In this document: one piece after another, positions 44,004 to 49,395 of the stretch
How positions within the stretch are numbered: the first letter of the stretch is position 1
How the letters are laid out: each line of letters starts with the position of its first letter
Origin: an uncultured Saprospiraceae bacterium
Lineage (GTDB): Bacteria > Bacteroidota > Bacteroidia > Chitinophagales > Saprospiraceae
Reading direction: 5' to 3'
Assembly: GCA_964458135.1 (NCBI GenBank)
Contig: CAYWHT010000001.1
Location: 1 to 49,395 of the forward strand
Length of the DNA stretch: 49,395 nt
Translations under genes and position numbers: made by a program
The notes under the pieces: model-generated
What the model saw: the letters and a program-made list of their open reading frames with translations, nothing else
Database searches by the model: none
Told to the model about the DNA's origin: nothing

Positions 44004-47000
44004 TTACGGCATAGCGGCATGGGGAATCAAAAATCCCCGTGGGGCAAGTTCCAATATTCGGGCTTGGAGATCGTAGCCAAGTCGTGCGAGCGATTCGCGC
44101 ACAATCTCAATTGGAATCAAGCACCGCAATTCTTGCAGCGTTTTAGTTGGATCGGGCGTGTCGAGCGATTCCCTAAACCACTCACCCACGTCTTCGATCC
44201 CGGCTTTCCACGGGGCAAGTTCTCGGGCGCGATCGGCTTTTTGTACTTCCTGTTTGATTAGTGCTTCGCGATCTCGCTCAAGCCAACGCTCGAAAACTTC
44301 CCAGCGTCGATCGTCAGGTCGTTTGTATCGATAGATTCGGATACGCTTCTTCTTGGGTTTGAGCTTCTGAATGCGTTTGAGTTGAAATGGAGGAGGTGGT
44401 TGTGGCAATGTCACCTCCTTGATATCGAGAACTTGTTTGCGCGAACCTTCCAGCCGAATCCCCAATGAAGCGAGAATTTGCTGCTGAATCCCCTGGATAG
44501 GTTTATCTAGCCATACCTTCTCGGTGGGATAGAAGTTGAGGAAATCCCTACAGCCACAGGGATCGCCCAGGACAATATCTGACATGCGACGAACTTCCGG
44601 GGAGTCGTTGTGGAGTTCCCGCCCATCAAGCAGGTCGGGGATGCCCATTTTTTTAAGAAGCTCGATTTTGGCTTGATAGAAGCGCAGGTCGGACAAGCAG
44701 AGTTCGCCCTCGCCCCCGTCGAGCTTGGCTTGTACGTGGGCGCGATCGCGTTCGGCGACAATAGCAGATTCAGCAACCATGAGGAGATAGTGCAGTTTGA
44801 TTTGGCTGTACCAGCCATCTTCATCATTGTGATTGAGTTGCTCGTTCACCTCAATGCCACCATATTTTTCTCGGAGTATATATTTTCGCTTCTGCCAGCG
44901 CTCCTCCTCAGTTTGGCTGGATTTTTCTTCTAGGAGCGAGAAGGTTTCCCAATCGATATCAGCAGCGGCGGCGACGGCACGGTCGTCCTCCGCTCGGGCT
45001 TCATCGCGAATGGCGCGGACACGATCGCATAGCTGCTTGATTTGGCTGCGCTCGGCTTCAATTTCATCTTTGAGTGTTGATAGCTCCTCCGAAATTTCGG
45101 TCAGCCACGCACGATCGCCCATTTGAGAGGCGATAAGTTTGTCGGCGTTGAGCCGAGCGATATCTGGTTGATGTTTATTAGATATTGGCTGAATGACTCG
45201 AACATCATGTCCTTCATTTTCTAATCCAGCCAGCACGGATTCGCGAAATCGAATTAATCCGGCATTGATTTGTGCGCCGTATTGCGCCCATGCCCGAAGA
45301 TTTTTCGGATCGTAAGCGCCATCGATATCAAAGTCGAGGTCGCGAAGCATCTCGATATTTTTGCGTGCCACTCTATCTGTAGAGCGAATCAACTGGCGAT
45401 AGTCGAGCGCTCCGTTGCCGATCTTGGAAACACCACGCTTAGCACACCAGACATGGCGATCGCAGGGATCTCGGAATCGCGCAAGGTGCTGGCGGGATTC
45501 GGATTCGCTATTAACGCCTTGGAAAATTCCAAAAATTGCTCGAAAGCGATCGCGTACATCAATCGATACTCCCGTCCCGATTGAGGGAGAGGCGATCGTG
45601 ATGGGGAATAGGGGAATTAGGTCGTTGAGCTTTTCAATTGCCCCGTATGCCGGATGGTCGGGGTCGCTGATAGATTCACTGTCTAGGCGCAAGCTTGGAA
45701 ATTTCTCGTCAGGGTATTTTTCGTTGATATAGCCTCGAATCGTTTTTTCAAGATTCTTGGTTCCCCAGGTAGATTTTGTTTTCTGCCCGTCACATACGAT
45801 CCCAATCGCGCCTCGGGAAATGGGGCGATCTGCGATTGGGCAGCACGCAGTGCGGGAGGCAAGATCGGAAGCCGCCCCATGGCGATCGCACTGCCGCTCG
45901 AAGACAATTTCGTCGATCGCGCGAAAGATTTGCTCTAGAACAATTCCAGGATTCGTATAATCGTAAAAATAGCATTTTGAGAGATCGGCTGGATTTTGCC
46001 AGTCGTTCACGAGAATCCACGGCTTCAAAGGGAGTTCGAGCTGGTCGTTCGCGAAATCGATATCGCGATCGCTCAGATCCGCCGACTGCACGATAATCGA
46101 TCCGCCAGAAGTCGCCACAACTTGCAGCAAGCGGCGGAAATTCCGCATTACGACTACTCGCTTCTCTTCGCCCTTTTGCCGCTTAGCGAGAGTTCCAGAA
46201 TTGAGCAAATGCCAGAAGACCTGATCGGCTTCATCGATAATCACGATTGCACCTTTCCAGTCTTCAGGATTAAATTGGGCGCGAGAATTCCGATGGCACG
46301 AATCCACACACAGCCCAATCCACCAAGTTCCTGTAGCGTCTTGCTCTTCCACGTAGCTAATTCCGAGGGCAGCGCAGATGGCTCGCACGAGCTGAATTCT
46401 GTGTCCGATCACGATTGTCTTTCGCCCAGAAGCGATCGCTCTGGCGATCGGCAGCGATAGAGCGCTGGTTTTCCCCGTTCCTTTTGGGCTTTTGACGGCG
46501 ATCAAGCCGCCGTCCGGATATTCGACATTCCCGAGATAGCGTTGGTTGAGCTTCAGGTCGGCATCCCGGAAGAGCTTGAAGCAAGTGAGTCGAGCTTGGA
46601 CGACCGCTCGATATTGACTCAGAGAGACAGCCGAGTCAAACAAAGTTTCGATTTCGGCAGCGGCGGAATCGCCACGCGCTACAATCCAATCGTCAATGCC
46701 TTTCTCTTCTCCAGGCAAATTGACGACGTCAACTGAATTTTCTGAATGTTGTGCGATGGCTTCGCCTAACTTCTCGGTCGCTTTCGCGATCGCGGCAGCT
46801 TTGCGAACCACTGGTTCGTAATCAAATACAATTACCCAGCGGCGACAAGATGCCACTAGCGGGGCTAAATCTGGATGAAGGCGATGCTTTGCACCTGCCT
46901 CTTCTTCACATTTGCGCGTCCCCATCCAAATGCCGGGAATCGCGATGGCGCAAAATCCGAGAGACAGGATAGCAGCGGCTTTTTTTTCGCCTTCGGTGAT

Positions 47001-47534
47001 ATAGAGTGCGATTTCTGGCGTGTTTCTGATCCACTGCCAGAAATTTTTATCCTCGATGTCTGCAAGGTTGTCGGTGGGCGATATTCCTTGCCGTGCGAGG
47101 TGTTCGAGGTATTCGCGCTCTTTGTGGTATCGACGCGCGATTCGTCGTCCTGTCTCGCAATCTACAGCAAAATAAACGATTCGGGCAGGTTCGCCTGGCG
47201 GAGATTCGTATTTGATGATTTTTTGCGGCTTCTGCCAGTCTCGCCTTGGCAAATCGGGCTTAAATCTCCCCCAGGTCATGGGGGTTTGCCAGTCTGTGGT
47301 GGGATCGAGTCCAGCAACGTACCAGCCGCCCGCGACGATGTGTTGATATTTTTTCTGGAGGACTCGCGCTTGGGCATCCGGGTGAACGCGCTTGGTCAGG
47401 CGGGGAATATCACAATAGCCAAAAACCGCTTGGAGTGCCTGGTCTCCCTCGACGCTGCGAAAATTTAGGGTCTGAATTCTCTCGGCGATCGCACTGCTGT
47501 CGAGTTCTTGTTTGTGGGTATACTTCAATTTCAT
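44004..47534 (-). CDS. Plasmid replication primase-helicase (Toprim/DUF3854-like N-terminus plus P-loop helicase)
   Basis: The Toprim-like region reads ALYITEGEKKAAAILSLGFCAIAIPGIWMG...RRWVIVFDYE. Walker A is LIAVKSPKGTGKTSAL and Walker B is AIVIIDEADQVFWHLL. An iteron array lies directly upstream. The architecture resembles Rep proteins described for cyanobacterial plasmids. Confidence 0.85.
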   Translation of the reverse strand: MKLKYTHKQELDSSAIAERIQTLNFRSVEGDQALQAVFGYCDIPRLTKRVHPDAQARVLQKKYQHIVAGGWYVAGLDPTTDWQTPMTWGRFKPDLPRRDWQKPQKIIKYESPPGEPARIVYFAVDCETGRRIARRYHKEREYLEHLARQGISPTDNLADIEDKNFWQWIRNTPEIALYITEGEKKAAAILSLGFCAIAIPGIWMGTRKCEEEAGAKHRLHPDLAPLVASCRRWVIVFDYEPVVRKAAAIAKATEKLGEAIAQHSENSVDVVNLPGEEKGIDDWIVARGDSAAAEIETLFDSAVSLSQYRAVVQARLTCFKLFRDADLKLNQRYLGNVEYPDGGLIAVKSPKGTGKTSALSLPIARAIASGRKTIVIGHRIQLVRAICAALGISYVEEQDATGTWWIGLCVDSCHRNSRAQFNPEDWKGAIVIIDEADQVFWHLLNSGTLAKRQKGEEKRVVVMRNFRRLLQVVATSGGSIIVQSADLSDRDIDFANDQLELPLKPWILVNDWQNPADLSKCYFYDYTNPGIVLEQIFRAIDEIVFERQCDRHGAASDLASRTACCPIADRPISRGAIGIVCDGQKTKSTWGTKNLEKTIRGYINEKYPDEKFPSLRLDSESISDPDHPAYGAIEKLNDLIPLFPITIASPSIGTGVSIDVRDRFRAIFGIFQGVNSESESRQHLARFRDPCDRHVWCAKRGVSKIGNGALDYRQLIRSTDRVARKNIEMLRDLDFDIDGAYDPKNLRAWAQYGAQINAGLIRFRESVLAGLENEGHDVRVIQPISNKHQPDIARLNADKLIASQMGDRAWLTEISEELSTLKDEIEAERSQIKQLCDRVRAIRDEARAEDDRAVAAAADIDWETFSLLEEKSSQTEEERWQKRKYILREKYGGIEVNEQLNHNDEDGWYSQIKLHYLLMVAESAIVAERDRAHVQAKLDGGEGELCLSDLRFYQAKIELLKKMGIPDLLDGRELHNDSPEVRRMSDIVLGDPCGCRDFLNFYPTEKVWLDKPIQGIQQQILASLGIRLEGSRKQVLDIKEVTLPQPPPPFQLKRIQKLKPKKKRIRIYRYKRPDDRRWEVFERWLERDREALIKQEVQKADRARELAPWKAGIEDVGEWFRESLDTPDPTKTLQELRCLIPIEIVRESLARLGYDLQARILELAPRGFLIPHAAMP

Positions 47535-47636
47535 GAAGATGTCCTCTAAAAAAAATCCATCGAGGACACCAAAACGGCTTGCCAGTTACAGCAGTTCGTT
47601 GTTAATATGAGGGTACTGTCTACCGGATCTGATCTG

Positions 47637-47702
47637 CTGTGATATCCTGATGTCCTGTGGTGTCCTAATGTCCTGATATCCTGTGATATCCTGATGTCCT
47701 GC
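47637..47702. repeat. Three tandem 22-bp iterons upstream of rep
   Basis: CTGTGATATCCTGATGTCCTG occurs exactly twice (47637-47657 and 47681-47701). A degenerate copy lies between them (GGTGTCCTAATGTCCTGATATC, 47659-47680). The array is built from an 8-10-bp TCCT-containing subunit. Confidence 0.75.
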
Positions 47703-47891
47703 AATATCCGGTTGGTCACCTCCTGTCCGTGACTCTGTTCAACCACGTTTCAGGAGCAAGGTGGTCAGGGGTCGAATTTGATCGGCTCTCCTGCTGCCGC
47801 CCAAAACCTCGGGCAATTGGTAAGATAGTCTGAGCGATGGGTAAAAATAGCATATAACTGTTAGTTTTGTTGTGATTACTGGCTATGTTAG

Positions 47892-47930
47892 TCGAGTTGC
47901 GTTCTGAATGCAACTCGATTTTGATTTTTG
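47892..47930 (+). terminator. Rho-independent terminator candidate (plus strand) in the rep control region
   Basis: A 9-bp stem TCGAGTTGC/GCAACTCGA (47892-47900 / 47910-47918) has a 9-nt loop. It is followed by TTTTGATTTTTG. Confidence 0.45.
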
Positions 47931-47986
47931 TTTACTTTCAGTATTTAGGATGCTCGTTCCATACGAAAATTTCTTATCCCCATATA

Positions 47987-48130
47987 CTTTTTATGGCAAT
48001 AGTCCGGACAGTTTTTGACTGACAACGAGAGAATGCGGGTTTCAGCTACCTCTCAAGACCGTTAAGCCAACGAGAGAATGCGGGTTTCAGCGCTTGTACG
48101 GAAAAATGTCCGGACTATTGCTAAAAAAAG
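47987..48130. repeat. Long inverted repeat enclosing two exact 24-nt direct repeats (candidate oriV element or structured RNA)
   Basis: The inverted-repeat arms are GCAATAGTCCGGACA (47996-48010) and TGTCCGGACTATTGC (48107-48121). They extend to about 24 bp with 2 mismatches (47987-47995 / 48122-48130). Inside, CAACGAGAGAATGCGGGTTTCAGC occurs at 48023-48046 and again at 48068-48091. Confidence 0.8.
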
Positions 48131-48247
48131 TGAGCTTACATTACCCAGTTGGGTGAAACCTTGATTGTGCAACAAGAATCAAACAAGGCGAGATCGATTC
48201 GCCCTGTAAAATCATTACAGAAATTTACTATAGTATAGTTTTGAAAA

Positions 48248-49042
48248 ATGGGCAAACAGTATAACGTGCAGGTCGATAATCGCGAAGCTCAGAAGTTGAG
48301 CAAAGTTTCGGCATCTGTTGGCTGTCTGTGGGGAGGAGAAGGGAGTGTTCCCCAACTACTTCGGAAGCTAGCTGCCGGGACAGTAATTGCCGTCGAGCGA
48401 CACGAACTCGACACACTGGAACCGCTAATCGATTATCCCATAGTACGTCAATTGCTGCAAAAGTTGGGGATTGCTGTCTCCAGCACACCTACGGACACCT
48501 CGGCAATTGAATCAGCTTTATCTCGCGCGATCGCCGATAAATCGCCCCTACTGGTCTGGATAGGCGAGGGGAAGTATAAAGTGCGCTACGGTGAAATCGC
48601 CCATCGAGACGATCGCGCCTACCTTGACTGCTGGATCGAAAATTGGCAGGAGCGAGATCCACTAGATTTTCCTGAACCAAAAGCACTGCGACACAATCGC
48701 ACGTTCCTAATATCAGCAATCCATCGCATTGCCAGGGATGAAGGAGCAAGGTGGCGCGAAGAAGGACTTGATAGTATTGGTGTGCGATATCAAATTGATG
48801 CCCTGCTAGTGAGGCAATATTGGCTTAAACCTTGGGAAACCCCGATTGCGACACTTTCAGATGGGAGCTTGCAGGTTGAGGCGAAGATATCATTTTGGTT
48901 CTGGTTATGGCACCAACGCCTAGTAGCGTATTTGCCCTATGTCTTGGTTCTCGAACCTACTGATTGCCGCGTGCTTCAGGAGAGTTTTTTGGTTAAAGCC
49001 ATTGAGCGATTTGATGATTTTTGGGGAAACCAAAATAGGTAG
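48248..49042 (+). CDS. WYL-domain protein (candidate ligand-sensing regulator)
   Basis: The WYL-like core reads YKVRYGEIAHRDDRAYLDCWIE...LRHNRTFLISAIHRI (compare WYL...RtFrldRI). The C-terminal extension LVAYLPYVLVLEPTDCRVLQESFLVKAIERF resembles the WCX region. The N-terminus may be RHH-like. Confidence 0.5.
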   Translation: MGKQYNVQVDNREAQKLSKVSASVGCLWGGEGSVPQLLRKLAAGTVIAVERHELDTLEPLIDYPIVRQLLQKLGIAVSSTPTDTSAIESALSRAIADKSPLLVWIGEGKYKVRYGEIAHRDDRAYLDCWIENWQERDPLDFPEPKALRHNRTFLISAIHRIARDEGARWREEGLDSIGVRYQIDALLVRQYWLKPWETPIATLSDGSLQVEAKISFWFWLWHQRLVAYLPYVLVLEPTDCRVLQESFLVKAIERFDDFWGNQNR

Positions 49043-49395
49043 TGTTTTTACTATAAAAAATTGCCATAGTAGATGAATAGGCGATTCTTCGAGCAGAACT
49101 ACTAAGTGGCTCAAGAGATTTACCAGCGCACCGGTCGGAACTCTCGACAGCGGTTCGATTCACATCAGTCAAGCAGAAACTTCCTGGCTGGGAAGCACAG
49201 GGATTGTACTTGTTCTTCTTAGCTCCTTACTATTCTGAGAGGAGTTGGCGGGTCAGATGTTTGAATCGGAGGCAGAGTTAGCCTATCCGGTCACTCTGGG
49301 ACTTGATGCTCGAAAAGAGCGCCGGCACCTGGAACATCAGGTTGAACAAAATAGCGACGCACTCCCCCACCTAGCCGAACGGCAGGTGGGGGTCA

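Larger units (their letters stand above)
8531..48130. mobile_element. Conjugative plasmid backbone (rep/oriV, parMRC, MOB, VirB-like T4SS, T4CP, establishment genes)
   Basis: The span co-locates a relaxase with MobC, VirB2/3-4/6/8/9/10-like genes, VirD4 and a cell-wall hydrolase. It also carries a topoisomerase, SSB, an actin-type partition locus and an iteron-associated primase-helicase. Confidence 0.75.

Noticed and set aside
44019-47468. Plus-strand ORFs antisense to the primase-helicase gene (for example 45996-46460 and 46875-47468)
   Set aside because: They have no motifs or SD boxes. The minus strand carries the Toprim and Walker motifs across the whole span.
47645-47701. ATCCTG cores in the iterons read as an RP4-type oriT nick site
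   Set aside because: The hexamer is part of the repeating iteron subunit. It lies next to rep rather than next to the relaxase, and there is no flanking relaxase-type inverted repeat. It is kept only as an alternative to test.
47546-47746. 66-aa minus-strand ORF just upstream of rep
   Set aside because: It starts at a GTG and reads straight through the iterons, which gives the repetitive QDIRISQDIRT. It has no SD box. Its existence is most simply a by-product of the repeats.
48023-48091. Repeat-spacer-repeat read as a mini CRISPR array or solitary-repeat anti-CRISPR RNA
   Set aside because: The repeat is only 24 nt and the intervening segment only 21 nt, both shorter than typical CRISPR units. 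The repeat has no internal palindrome and does not extend with mismatches. No cas genes or leader are visible. An iteron, operator or structured-RNA reading fits better.
47987-48130. Long flanking inverted repeat read as retron msr/msd (a1/a2) or as a MITE
   Set aside because: There is no reverse transcriptase gene nearby; the adjacent gene is WYL-like. For the MITE reading, the flanks are inverted rather than direct, so there is no target-site duplication. I also saw no second copy in the window.
49258-49395. Possible gene start (ATG at 49258 with a GAGAGGAG box upstream; MFESEAELAYPVTLGLDARKERRHLEHQ...) running off the window
   Set aside because: Only 46 codons are visible. The end of the window contains a GC-rich hairpin (CCCCCACCT at 49364-49372 pairing with AGGTGGGGG at 49384-49392) that could equally be a terminator or a repeat. 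There is too little sequence to make a call.

Overview
The window reads as the backbone of a large cyanobacterial conjugative plasmid. The host assignment rests on the HIP1 octamer GCGATCGC, which recurs throughout (for example 1789-1796, 4443-4450, 8964-8971, 9279-9286), and on a pentapeptide-repeat protein.

Layout from left to right:
- 1-4400: a segment that looks GC-richer by eye. It holds a pentapeptide-repeat gene, unknown genes and a truncated tyrosine-recombinase fragment.
- 4467-8344: an accessory block that looks AT-richer. It encodes a Rad52-like annealase, a PP-loop (PAPS-reductase/DndC-like) enzyme and several unknown proteins, expressed from a palindromic back-to-back promoter.
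- 19693 down to 8531: a long minus-strand gene train. In order it encodes an actin-like ParM with a ParR candidate, a ParA-like ATPase, a membrane protein, an AAA+ ATPase, an SLT+M23 cell-wall hydrolase, two exported proteins, a type IA topoisomerase and SSB.
- 19858-20032: a parC-like array of 5+6 copies of an 11-bp repeat, followed by a candidate oriT region.
- 20223-43249: MobC-like protein, relaxase and a VirB-like T4SS (B2-like, fused B3/B4, B6-, B8-, B10- and B9-like). These are followed by a 2339-aa N6-methyltransferase/SNF2-like helicase giant protein, a VirD4-type coupling protein and unknown proteins.
- 44004-47534: a 1176-aa Toprim-primase/P-loop helicase Rep. It sits next to a dense non-coding control region (47535-48247) and a WYL-domain protein gene.

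No rRNA, tRNA, CRISPR array or intact transposase was recognised.

The most interesting observations are:
1. A C-terminal module plus Gln/Lys/Arg-rich tail is shared by the relaxase, the giant methylase-helicase and two small proteins. It is a candidate T4SS substrate signal.
2. The rep-proximal region contains 22-bp iterons and a long inverted repeat enclosing two exact 24-nt direct repeats.
3. A 14-nt motif is shared between the accessory-block promoter and the rep leader.
4. An R1-like parC architecture is present.

All calls come from reading motifs by eye. No database search was run.
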